Assembly (NCBI RefSeq): GCF_009914755.1
Contig: NC_060947.1
DNA length: 64,000 bases
Strand: one strand, 5' to 3'
Source: the human T2T-CHM13v2.0 reference genome, Homo sapiens
The notes below the pieces were generated by a model. The model saw nothing but the letters and a program-made list of their open reading frames with translations, did not search any database and was not told where the DNA came from. Of the stretch, positions 27,638 to 40,965 are shown piece after piece; within the stretch, counting starts at the first letter, position 1; every line of letters begins with the position of its first letter. A program made the position numbers and the translations under genes.

Positions 27638-29409
27638 CACAAACTCACAAATGAAACAAAAGTATCAAACCAATACTTCCCCTTACTTCCTATGATGCAC
27701 TCAAAAATATTCAATTTTATATTGCTCTACAATTTTTTTTATTTTTTATTTTTATTTCATAACCAAAGGATGGACTGCAAACTGGTACAGTATATTGGTC
27801 TGGACAATTATGATTGCAAGGTAAATAAAATCTAATATAAAGTAGCCTACATAAATGGAGTATGTTTTGGAAGGCTGACATGTGTTTATAAAAATGAAGG
27901 AAAGGATGAACAACCAACCAAACTTCCAGAAGGCAGTAACCATAACACTCTGGATCCAGAAACAGGGACTTGACCACTTTCAGGACCCTCTCTCTCTGTC
28001 TCTCTCTTTTTGTCTTTCTATCTCATTCTATTTTTCTCCATCCCTCACCTCGGCTTCTGAGTGTTGACTTCCTTCTTGGTGAAGCTAAAGCTATGCCCTT
28101 CAGAGGAATTTGAAAAATATCAGGAGAGCAAACTCTGATTAGACTAGCTTGGGACATGTGCTCTCTCCCCAAACTGATACCTGACTATTGTGACCAACTT
28201 AGTAAGGTCAATGTAATGACATGGAAACACTCATTGCAACCTTAGATAGTACTAGGGGTGCAAGCCATTTTTTTTTAACGGGTGATAGCAGAAAAATGTC
28301 ACAATTAAAAGAATCAATGGAAGCCAGACAGCCATGTCAATTTCTGAAAAATGTATCTTACCCCTTGACTACCTAGCACACACATACCTTCTTCCCATGA
28401 TAAGAGTGAAAAATACCTCTCCTGATGTTACGATCGGCACCAAGACTACTGCAGTTTTTGCACTTGCACTCTCCAGGCCTCCTCCATGAAAGACAGCCCA
28501 GAGGCGGTTGTCTTTCATGTCTTTCAAGGCTACTCCTGGTGAGAGAATTTGAGTTAAATTTAGGCCATATACTTTGTTTATATTTGGCTAATTTCTCACT
28601 CTCTTGATCACAAGCTATGACTAGGAATGTATGTTATTTAAGAAAATAGTAGATTCCATGTAAACGATGTATTTGGGGGCAGAGGAGAATTCCTGCATAA
28701 AAGGAGGGTAGCACAAGCATGTTCACTGATGGGATTGTTGTGAGCCAGGCAGTGATCCTCATTTCATAGCCACTACTATTATGAATGAGTTCAAATGAAC
28801 AAACATTTGTTGAATGCCTATTCAATTTCTCCCCTTGGGAACTGGATGAAGACAGTATGGCTAGATGCCGGCCATGGCAGCCAACACTGAGGAGGATTAT
28901 AACCTTTGGTGAACTTATCAAGAAATGTTACTGAGGGCAGCCCCAAAAGACTGGACAGACTACAGAGCAATTTCAGTACTGCTGTGTTAGTTTCAAAGCT
29001 GCAGAAATAATTGAAGATCCAAGGGGGTGAATGCAAGATCCAAAATGAAAAGTAACACAAGAAATAAGAAAGAAGGGACATGTCAGGCAACAGTGACATC
29101 AAGAAAAGAAGGTAAAGGACTTTATCCCTGAATGAGGCTCAAGGGCTTGGAGTTCTCTCTAGCTGGGTGCCAGCTGTAAAGAGAAGAATCAGCTGGAGTC
29201 ATGGTCATAAATAATGTACCAACATAAAATCCAGTCTTACAAACTACACTGGTTACGTGGGTGCCAAAGTTGTGGCATACAATACAACAATATCTTCTCT
29301 TTTGGCAGTTTTAACACATGCCTTGGGAAATAAGCAAGAACACAGTGCTTTAAGGCATGAAATAGTGTGTTTCAATGGAAAGAATCAAGACCTAGAAATC
29401 AGAAAAACT

Positions 29410-29545
29410 GATTTATTTGTTAATTTATAAGTTTAACAGATATTAAGTGGGTGCCTATTATATTCCAGGTACCGTCCTAGGAGCTGGAGATACAACCATG
29501 AACAAGATAAGACTCCTGTTCCCCTGGCTTATATTCTAGATAAAC
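29410..29545 (-). mobile_element. L2 3' fragment
   Basis: aacagatattaagtgggtgcctattatattccaggtaccgtcctaggagctggagataca. Confidence 0.55.
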
Positions 29546-29804
29546 AGGTAGGGGCATATAATCAACACCTGCAGTTACCTCTCCAGGATCTCAGCTGAAG
29601 AAGGGTCTCTTTAGTTGGCACCCAGGCTTCTCTCAAGTTGCTCACCGCTTAGGGGTACTTCTGTTAATAGACAATTCAACTAGATATGTAAAATGTCATT
29701 AAAAATGTATTCATAGAATACTCGGGGAGATAAAGGAACAGGGACTGATTTCATTGCCTCAGTACTGAAACCTGTAACAGCAAGTAAGCAGTTAGGTGTA
29801 GATT

Positions 29805-29925
29805 GGAGGCTAGATTCTAAATTCCTTAAGGGCAGGGTCTCTGTCTGCCTCAAATATGTATACCCAGGGCTTAGAGGTTTACCGAGCACTTAAATTGTCA
29901 ATAAATATTTGTTGAAGGAATGAAA
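29805..29925 (+). mobile_element. L2 3' end
   Basis: tagattctaaattccttaagggcaggg...caataaatatttgttgaaggaatgaa. Confidence 0.55.
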
Positions 29926-30071
29926 CAATACATGGAGATAAGAGAACTATGGCAATGGTTTGTACTGTATTTACAGTAAGCCAGCCCACTAGTGAAAAAG
30001 GGAAAAACCTAGTCAAACAGGCATTTGACGCCTTAGGGATATGAGTGGAGGGAGTTAAAAAGTTTATAGCT

Positions 30072-30370
<299 letters not shown>

Positions 30371-31847
30371 GTCATAATCTGGTAAAAACATATTTGTATC
30401 TGTTTTCAACAAATTGACTCACTCTTTAATGTGATCAAAATACCAGTTGTTATAGCATTATGTCAAGGTGGTTTCATAACAACAAACAAACAAATAAGCC
30501 AACAAACCACAAATGTTTGAGGCCTTTAGGAAACAGGTCAAAATATCAGGGTACCTTCTGTTCTCAGCAGTGGCATCTCCAAATGATTTGCTTAGGTTAT
30601 TTTCAATCATTGCTGATAAATAACCTAGTTAACCTTCTTTATGTTTTCCTTCCCCACTCTTAAAATGACAGTGGGGTCATTTTAAGATGGTATTTTTAGC
30701 ATTGTTAAAGCAAGAGTGTTAGTAACATGCTATTTACCAGAGTAAAACTACTCTAGTTTTAGAGTAGCCATTTGACAGCTATGGAGTCTCTCTACTGTCC
30801 TTTTTTAATTATTTGAGTATTTTGAAAAAATATAACCTTTAAAGTACACATTACATTTGTATGGACCTTGTTTGTATGCTGCTTTTTAAAATTCTATTGC
30901 CATATTTATTGCTGTGTATGCTAATACAAGTGATCAGTCATCTATTGATCATAGGCGCTCCCAGATCTGTCTGCCTCTGTTAAGGCTACCCTCCACACAC
31001 ATAAACTAAAAAATAATAAGAGCTTATGTATAAATCAAGAACAATAGGAGCTAAGTCTCTCAATGTATTAAGATGATTCACCTGAAAAGAGGATATTGCC
31101 ATATACTGGTGTCTGACACATAACAGACATAGAACCCAAGGATCCAGGAATAGCAGCATGCATATACCTTGGAAAATGTGTGGTTTTCATGACTGGTTCT
31201 CCTTCGCTCAAAACTTCTGGAAATAGGCCTCTTATCTACTGTGTAAGCTTTAGTCCCTCAGAGTATCCAGCCCTGCTTCTTGCCTCATTCCTGCTAGCTA
31301 GCTGTGTTGCTAGAGAACCTCTCTATTCCTTTCTCATAGTCAACTTTCCTTCCAGGGGATCTCCTGCCACTGCAATCTTTGTTTTATACTCTGGAAACTT
31401 TATTCCCAATATTGTTCTCTACACTTTCAATCCCCCTTGGATTCTCACCTCTACTAAGGATTCTACTGAAGTTTAATATTTTCCTAGGTTCTTTTGTCAA
31501 GAATTTTTGTCCTCTAACTCCTAAGGAAAAAGAAGGCTGCCAACTCCATCAGGGGAGAAGGGAACCCTTCTTATTCCTCTGGATCTGCCCCCTATCCCAC
31601 TCCTCTGTGCCACCCTCCTCCAAGCATTCTGTCTGGCCATTACTGAGTCATGGTTTATAATAACTTCTTTTTAGAAACCACATCTGACTTGTTCACCATA
31701 TTAGCACTCTTTTTATCAATTGATATTAGCCAAATGTAGTTGCTATTATGATGACCATTTTGTAAATAAGGAAATGAGACTCAAAACAATAAAAAAGCAT
31801 GTAACACTACACAGTAAGCTAATGACACAGATTTCCTTTGTCCTTCA

Positions 31848-31992
31848 CTTCTTCCTTCGACACTACTGTATAAGATACTGATGTTTCTGTTTATATTAAA
31901 AATATTCATAAAAGTCAATGCTTCTTCCTTCAACACTACTGTATAAGATATTGAAGTTTCTGTTTGTATCAAAAATATTCATAAAATCAACG
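31848..31992. repeat. Tandem duplication, ~73-bp unit x2
   Basis: cttcttccttc(g/a)acactactgtataagata... starts at both 31848 and 31921. Confidence 0.9.
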
Positions 31993-32494
31993 TGCATTGA
32001 GCTTTATTGCAACTTTAAAAACCATATAAAGTAACCATTATTTAAGACATGATTTTATGCAAAGTTATTTAAAATTTGTTTCCAATAAATTGAATATATA
32101 TGCGTGTACACCATATATAATATGATATCGAATTTTCTGTGTTTCTATGAGTTTTTGTTTTCCCAACCATTTAGTAAGGCTGAAGCCCAGTGCCTTTAAG
32201 GAAATTCACATCATTGTACCTTCCATCTCATGAGAAGGGTGAGGGGAGCTCTTTTCTATTATACAAAAATAGCTGAATGAAATCTTCTAAAAATAAAAAG
32301 GTGAACAAGGTCAGAATAGGTGTTGCAGAAGAGAGGGTTTTAACTTCTTACTAGGTGAGACAGAATCCTCATAATAAAAATCAGATTTCTTCGGTATCTA
32401 AATTTTATGGATTTGGAATGTTTAACATAAAACATGGTTATTATAGTCTAAGAATGTACACTGGAGTAGAAAATAATATGTACAGAAGTTCAAT

Positions 32495-33560
32495 ATTCAT
32501 CAATTCAATAAACATTTATTGAGCACCTTCCATACAGCAGGCATTGTTCTAGATAAGAGGGGCAGGGGACACAGCAGTGAACAAACAAGATAAAATCTCT
32601 GTTTTCATGGAGTTTATATATTAGTACAGACAAACAGTAAACAAAAACAAAATTATTCGTTTAGTGGCAATAAGTGTTATGAGGAAGGGAAAACAGAGAA
32701 GAGGAATATAGAGCAATAGAAAGGCACAATATTTTATTTAGAATGCTCAGAGGCAGCATCAATGATTAAGTGAAATTTGAACAGAAACTTGAATGAAGTG
32801 AGAAAATAACATATGAAGATTTGGAAGGTGTGACCAGCAGAACAATGTTCCCCAAACATATCCATGTTTTAATCCCTGGGATCTGTGAATGTAGTGAAAT
32901 CTGTGAAAAGGGACTTTGCAGGTGTGATCAAGTTAAGGATTCTGAGATGGGAAAATTATCCTGGGTTATCTAGGTGGGTTCAACGTAATCACAAGGGTCC
33001 TTGTAAGTGAAAGAAGTAAGCAGAAGTGTGGGTGACAGAAAGATTTAAAGATGCTCTTTGCCTGGCTTTGAAAATGGAGAAAAGTGCCACAAGCTAAGGA
33101 ATGTGAATGGTCTCTAGAAGCTGTGGAAGGCAACAAAACAAAGGATCTCCTAGAGTCTCCATTAGGGAGGCAGCCCTGCCCAGATCTGAATTTTAGCTCA
33201 GCGAGACCCATTTCAGACTTCTGACCTCCAGACCTGTAAGAGAATAAATCTGTGTTGTTTTAAGCCACTAAATGCATGGCAGTTTGTAAAAGCCTCAGTA
33301 GCAAACTAATGCAGGAGCAAAGGGTTTTCTAAACAGAGAGAACAGTAAGTGAAATGGGCTAGAGGTATGAATATGCTTGGTGTATCTGAGCAAAAGCAAG
33401 GAGGCCACGGTGACTAGAGCCCCGTGTGCAGCAGACAAATAATGATGAGATGAGGTCATAGAGCTAACACTGGCTATATCAGGTAGGGTCTTGCAGGCAG
33501 TGGTAAGGCCCTTGAATTTTATTTGTATAGTAAGATAAACCATTAGAAGATTTTGGTTGG
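32495..33560 (-). mobile_element. L2 fragment interrupted by MLT1D
   Basis: attcaataaacatttattgagcacc..cagcagtgaacaaacaagataaaatc, resuming with gcaaggaggcca..gatgaggtca. Confidence 0.7.
32829..33313 (+). mobile_element. MaLR solo LTR, MLT1D-like
   Basis: tgtg start, gggactttgcaggtgtgatcaagttaaggat..gtaatcacaagggtcctt, aataaatctgtgttgttttaagccacta, aaactaatgca end. Confidence 0.8.
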
Positions 33561-33759
33561 AATGATCAGAGTAGGCTGCCTGAAGGAGTGAGCATTTTCA
33601 TTGATTGTATAGGAGTTTATTCAACAGACAGAATGTGAGATATGAGTATAGCATGAATAAGACAGTGGTTGCAGGCAGTTCATGGAAGACTCTGAGATGG
33701 CATTAGACTAGTTTACATAGGAAAATACTATAGAAAGACTGATAAATTGATAAAGATTG

Positions 33760-34660
<901 letters not shown>

Positions 34661-34714
34661 ACCTGATGGCCCAGTACTAGACTCCTTTTTCTTTCACCAT
34701 TAACTTATTCAGTC

Positions 34715-35180
34715 ATTAACTACATTCCAGCCACACTGGATTTCTCTCTAATTCTTAAACCTGCCATTACTTTTTCCCTCAGAGTGTTTGCCCAATTATT
34801 CAGAAGAGTCTTACCCTAGACCTTCATTTGGCTTGTCGTTACCATTTCCAATCTTTCCTCACAAGTTCTAGTCCTTTAGATCTCCCAACATTTTTATTTT
34901 GGTTTACATTCCCTCATTGAGGCTATTCCTAAGAACCCTGACCAAATTACCTCTCCTCCAATCATTTTCTCACGCCCATCTAATTTCTTTTCTTCTTAGT
35001 ACTTATAACTAACTGAACTCATGTTGTTTATTTATTCATTTGTTTTCAGTTATCTGCCTCCATCCCCAGTACAATGCAAACTAAATGAAAGCAGGATTCT
35101 TTATGTCAGCATTCTCAGATCCTCTAGGAATGCCTGACCCATAAAAGAAACTCAATAAATATCTGAAGAATGAATGAATG
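34715..35180 (+). mobile_element. L2 3' region
   Basis: attccagccacactgga...ctcaataaatatctgaagaatgaatgaatg tail. Confidence 0.65.
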
Positions 35181-36439
35181 TATTTAAAAACAACTTGTTA
35201 AATGGAATTCCTTTAAAATTTAACAGATTAGCTGGTCCATTAAGTATGTCCTTCATATAAAGCAAAGAGTAGGTAACAAAAATGAAATTAGAATTATATG
35301 GTATTCTTAAGTAGCATATCTGCTATCACATGTTTAATGTGATCAGATAGTACTACTTCAGCATGTCCAGTTAGAGGTTTAAAATAGCATTTGGGAATGG
35401 ACTCTTCCTTTGCAATTTCATTAGATAATCTTTGTTCAACCAAAGGCCTGGTTTTTGAACTTTAATTAGATTTAGGGTGAACATTTAGGCTCTGTTATTT
35501 GTTGGTCAAAGGACACGCTTTATATGCTCATTGTCTTTCCCATTGCAAACAAGAATATCAGTCACTGAACATGAGGACCAAAGTAAGAGACAAAAACTAC
35601 AAAGCTAATGATAATTGCTTTAAAGTAAATAAGAAAAAGTATACATAACAAATAAATGAAAATACAGTAACATGAAAATGATACTACATCCATCAGCAGG
35701 AGCAAGGGGGTCAGAAAGGGAAATAAATGTCATGTGTTACGAAAGTAGAAAAAGATAAACAAATGCTGTAGCTTCTCGTTCATCCACTATTATTTAAAAA
35801 ATAATTGTGAAGATATATGAAACCTAAAACCTATGTGTTTATATTTTTATGTGTTGAATTAAATATTTTTTAAAAGGCATTGTATTTCTTTCTGCTTGGC
35901 AAACTCTTGTCCACACTCACAGATAACATATTTTACTTTACAGAAACTTCTAGCCTAACTTCCCACTCATTAACAGAAACTTCCTGACACCTAATCGGGA
36001 ATGCTGCAGAAGAAATTTCACAGCTCAGAGTCATCTGGAATATTTTAATATTAAAATATTATGCTGATTCATTTTGACTTTAATAACCTTTCAAATAAAA
36101 GCATCAATTATCTCTGATATTTGACAAGTTAAATAGGCATTATTGTGCAATGACAACTATGCAGACAAGTTTTGTCCTAGGTTCGAAACTCTCTTCACCT
36201 CTTCAGCCTCAATTTTCTAATCTGTAAAGTGAAATGGTTGGCTTTTTTAATATTTCTAAAATAGGTTCTGCTTTTTAAAAATCAATTATTCTGTGAACTG
36301 GCTTTCATCAACCATAGTATAGTATAAAATGCCTTGGGATCTAGTGATGGTTGGAGAAGTAAAGTTTATTATATTGTCAACTTTTAATTTTCTTTACTTG
36401 TTAAAATTGAACAGACTGTAGAGCATGCACAAACATTCT

Positions 36440-36769
36440 TTCTTTCTATTTATTTATTTATTTATTTATTTATTTTTTTTTTTTTTTTTGAGATAGAGTC
36501 TCACTCTGTCACCCAGGCTGGAGTACAGTGGCATGATCTCGGCTCATTGCTACCTCTGCCTCCCGGTTCAAGTGATTCTCCTCCCTCAGCCTCCCTAGTA
36601 GCTGGGATTACAGTCATGTATCACCACGCCCGGCTAATTTTGTATTTTTAGTAGAGACGGGGTTTCCCCATGCTGGTCAGGCTGGTCTCGAACTCCTGAC
36701 CTTAGGTGATCCGCCTGCCTCAGCCTCCCAAAGTGCTGGGATTACAGGCGTGAACCACAGCACCCAGTC
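36440..36769 (-). mobile_element. AluS (Sx/Sq-like)
   Basis: (TTTA)n and poly-T tail, full body, flanking repeat acaaac(a/g)tt. Confidence 0.92.
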
Positions 36770-36958
36770 ACAAACGTTTTTTCAGTGTAGTCTCATCTAT
36801 GCACTTTAAAGGTAGCATTTGCAGCTTAGATAACCAGGAACTTCATGGAGATGACCAATGGGGTACAGTAATTCTGGATTTACTACAAGTAGCTCTGAAA
36901 CTTTTTCCCTACTATGTTAACTTTTTATCTAAACAATTGAAATTTAAGGTTTAAAAAT

Positions 36959-37007
36959 TGGGAAAGAGTAACTAAAGTATAAGTGGGAAAGAGTAACTAA
37001 AGTATAA
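36959..37007. repeat. Perfect 25-bp tandem duplication
   Basis: tgggaaagagtaactaaagtataa occurs at 36959 and 36984. Confidence 0.9.
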
Positions 37008-39485
37008 AGTAGGGAGATGTAGTGATCAACTGATTAAATATTCTTCATTTCCTAGATTTGTAAGTTGTTTTTATTTACTCTTGTTTTGCTACAGAGTATA
37101 GACTATGAGCACTGAGTTTGTTACCAAGACATTCCCAAATGATGTCAGAGGAAATGGATCCCCTTGATGTCCTTGCCTCTGCTTTTACTAAGAATTAATA
37201 AACTTAGCTATCTGTGCCAATGTCTATATTAGCTCTCTAATTCTTTATCATAATGGAATTTCTAGCCAACCCTACATTTTGTCATTCCATTTACTTTATC
37301 CATCTTGGTTCTCTGAAAGACAAGGTTAAAACAAAACCCATCAGCTTGAGTAATTCAAATTGAGCTGCCAAAACAACTCAGCAGAAAGCAAAATTAGAAA
37401 ACTATGCCACCCCTCCCCCTTACATCTTCCATTGTTACCTTTTCCTTGTGTAATTTCAAGTGTTCTTTGAATTAAGTCCTGTGGTTTTTACAAAAAAAAA
37501 TGACATTTTTAAAATAAGGTCTTTGATTTTTCAAATTGCAAAAGCAAAAGGAGTTTAAAATAGAAAATTTGGAAAATATATCAACATCAGAAAAAGGAAA
37601 CAAAATTATTTCCATCACTGAGATTTCATCATTGTTTATAACTCAAAGGCTTTTCTTCCTGCATGGGATTATGTTATAAATAAAGTGTGGCATTATTTTT
37701 TTAACATTTAAAATTACATCATAAGACTGTCCTTTGTCATTAAATATTCTTCAAAAACATAATTTTACTGGTAGTATATCATTCCATCATATGGATATAT
37801 GAAAACTGACAGTTAACCAAACCAAAGAAAGAGCTGGTTGAAATGAATTATTAAAGCTGTCTTTCTCTTCTTTCCATCATTCTTGATGGCAACAGAGCAG
37901 TCAACGTAGTTTGAATTGTGTCATTTCTTCTCTATAAGCCATGATGACAGGAATCTCATTATCATCTGTCCCTGGTAACAAAGGTGAAAATCACACTGTC
38001 CTTTTAACCCCTTATTGAATACTTCTGTCACTTGTTATACCTTCAGGGCCTCTCCTGTGTGTGGTGTGCAATCATTTAGTACTCAGCAGAGAGGAAGTGA
38101 CAGAAGCTTGGGCAGAGAGCACTTCATGTTGGCTTCTACACCCCCACCCCCAGAACACAAGACAGAGACAGAGGTCATACTAATATTGTAACCGAGCCAC
38201 AGCCAAAGCATCATCATACTTAGATCAGGCAGAACATCGGGGAATTCTGTTTGCCTCTCTCCCTAGATCCCCAGACAATACACTTTTGGAAAATGGGGTG
38301 ATCTCAAACTCTGCTCTCCAATCCATCTACTCCCAGAGCCCAGCATCAGCCGTCACAGAAAATATGATGTCTGTTGACAGCAACATTACAGAAGTTGCTG
38401 GAGACCAATAATAGCTTATTTATTATGTGCCCTTATTTGACAGCACATTAAATATTTTTCTACTTTTAATAGAATGTGAATTTATTTCCTTTCTGCTGGT
38501 TTGCAATAGAAGTAATAATCTCTAAGCCTCTCCTTCACCATATTATCACTATGATTGGTACCATTAAGAGGGGTCTCACTTAAGTACCTCGTTAGTCTTG
38601 ATACATCCTTCAGCAAATATAACCAAGCCTGTCTCCCATCAAAGACTGTGTAGTGCTTTCAGCAGCTTCAAAACTGAGTTTAATACGACTCTAAGTCTCT
38701 CCTGTGTCCCACTTTCCAAAGTTCTAAAGACTTACCAGGACACATAGCCTCATACCTGTAACATCTCAAAAACTGAACAAAACTTTCAATTGTTTCAGAA
38801 GCTTATAATAAAAACATAAACAAAAGAAACAACAAAATTATGTCTTCAGGACGAACAAAAATAATGTCTCCAAAGAAACACAAGTCAAAATCTTGACCAG
38901 TATTGTTATTGCCAGCTGCAGACCCAGGCAGAGGTTTAGTATTACTTGGAAGAAGGTATTCAAATGGGGTAAGAAAAGTGAGTAAACACTCTGAGTTTCA
39001 GCTTCATTTTCACTCCATTCAATCTAACACAATTGACTATACTTGAGAGACAATGAATTAATACTCAACTTTGAGTTAGCCTTCAATCAAGTGGCTGATT
39101 TTAATAGCCAGCTTTCCTAATCCTTGAAGAAGAATCCTACTGCATATACCACCTCTCTGCCTAGATAATGGCATTTGAAAAACCCCATCATTTGGTAAAG
39201 TTTAGAAATGTGTTATGGTTCTACCCCTTTTTTTCACTTAGAGTTCTTTCTATATTAAAATCCTTGCATTTCCATTCCTCATTCACAAATAGCTCTAAAA
39301 GAAGAGTAGGTATTTACAAAAAAAAAAGTAAAAATACTATCCTACTATAAACAATTATCTGAAACTTTATTTTCTCACTTAATAATGTGGCATATGTCAT
39401 TATATATGAGACATACTCTTTTTCACATTTAAAATTATATTATTAAACATTTTAAAATTATATTATATATTATATACATTATGTA

Positions 39486-39625
39486 ATATATATATATATA
39501 TATACACACCATGGAAATAGTATAAATAAGCTGTATATATATATATACTTGCATATATATATATATATACACACCATGAAAATAGTATAAATAAGCTTGT
39601 ATCTATCTCTCTCTATATATATATC
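39486..39625. repeat. (TA)n-rich tandem duplication
   Basis: (ta)n-cacaccatg(g/a)aaatagtataaataagct occurs twice. Confidence 0.85.
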
Positions 39626-39711
39626 ACAGATTATTTGATGATTTCACTATCTGTTGACTCTTATTAATTTTTCTTTCCTTCCTTTCTTCTTTATTTCTCT
39701 CTTCCTTTCTT

Positions 39712-39990
39712 CCTTCATTGCAGCATCATTCACAATAGCCAAGATATGGAAACAACCCTATTGTCTACTGACAGGTGAATGGATAAAGATAATGTAATAT
39801 ATATATATAAATATATATACGTAGATATATAGATAAAAAATGGAATATTATTGAGTCTTAATAAAGAATAAAATTCTGACATATGTGACAATATGAATGA
39901 ACCCAGAAAACATTATGTTAAGTGAAACAAGCCAGGCACAGAAAAGCATATAGTGCATGATTTCACTTATATGTGGGAGCTAAAATAGTC
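39712..39990 (+). mobile_element. L1MA ORF2-end/3'UTR fragment
   Basis: ttcattgcagcatcattcacaatagccaagatatggaaacaac..cattatgttaagtgaaacaagccaggcacag. Confidence 0.75.
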
Positions 39991-40009
39991 TTCGCTCCCC
40001 CTTACTAAA

Positions 40010-40965
40010 CAATGGCTTTAAAAATTGTCTATTCTCATTGCTTCCACTTCCTTACATCCATCCTCTCATCAACCCACTCCATTAAAATTGAATTTTCTAT
40101 CATTCCACCAAAACTCCCTCTATCAAAGATGGAGTGACCTCCACATTATAGATACACTGATTAATTCTCATTTCTCCTCTTCTTTGATCCATTGGCAACA
40201 TTACAACCATTGGTATTTCTTCTTTCTTGAAATACTCTATTCTTGTGTTCAAGAATACTTGTTCTTGTTTCATCTTTCTCGTGTACTGCTTATTGCTTTT
40301 CATCTTTCTCCTTTGCTGAGTCCTTATCTTCTCACTGATCTCTTAACTTTGGAGAAACCCAGAGCTCAATCCTCAGACCTCTTCTATATACTTATTCCCT
40401 CAGTAATATTTTCCAGTTCCATTATTTAACTACCATCTACATACTAGTAATTCCTGATATATCTTCCAGCATTTTATATCACCGGCTACCTATGTGACAT
40501 TTTCACTTAGATGTATGAGTCAGATTACACTGCAGTAAGAAACAGCATGAAAATGCCTGTGGCTTAAAACAACAATGTCTATTTCTCATTTATACCGCAT
40601 GCCAGGGAATCAGCAAGAGGTCTACTTATTGTAGTTATTCATGGACCATGGCTGATGGAAGCTCCATCTTGACACCTGTTTTCATAATCACAGAGTCAAA
40701 AAAAGAGAAGATGACAAATCATGCATGTTGATTCTTGAAGCTTTCACTGAGAATAAATGCATGTCACATCTGTTCACATCTCAAGCACTTACCATCTGAC
40801 ATATTATTCACTTAACAATTTACAGGTTAGTTTTCCATTTCTCTCTATTACAATGTAAGCTCTATGAGTTCACAGACTTGGTTGTATTTGCTGCTTTATT
40901 TTTAGTACCTAGCACAGTGTCTAGCACATAGTAGGCACAAAATAAATATTTATTAAATAAATGCT
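40010..40965 (+). mobile_element. L2 remnant, with a probable old MaLR LTR fragment at ~40515-40780
   Basis: aactaccatctacatactag.., gtacctagcacagtgtctagcacatagtaggcacaaaataaatatt tail; gtggcttaaaacaacaa..tatttctca is MLT1-like. Confidence 0.6.

Noticed and set aside
27790-28280. Possible ancient MaLR LTR, with a possible DNA-transposon remnant at ~27555-27790
   Set aside because: Too diverged to assign a family or boundaries by eye.
38728-38790. Minus-strand ttacag|gtatga...ctg|gtaagt resembling a recursive splice site or micro-exon
   Set aside because: Weak polypyrimidine tract with upstream AGs; such motifs are expected by chance in 64 kb.
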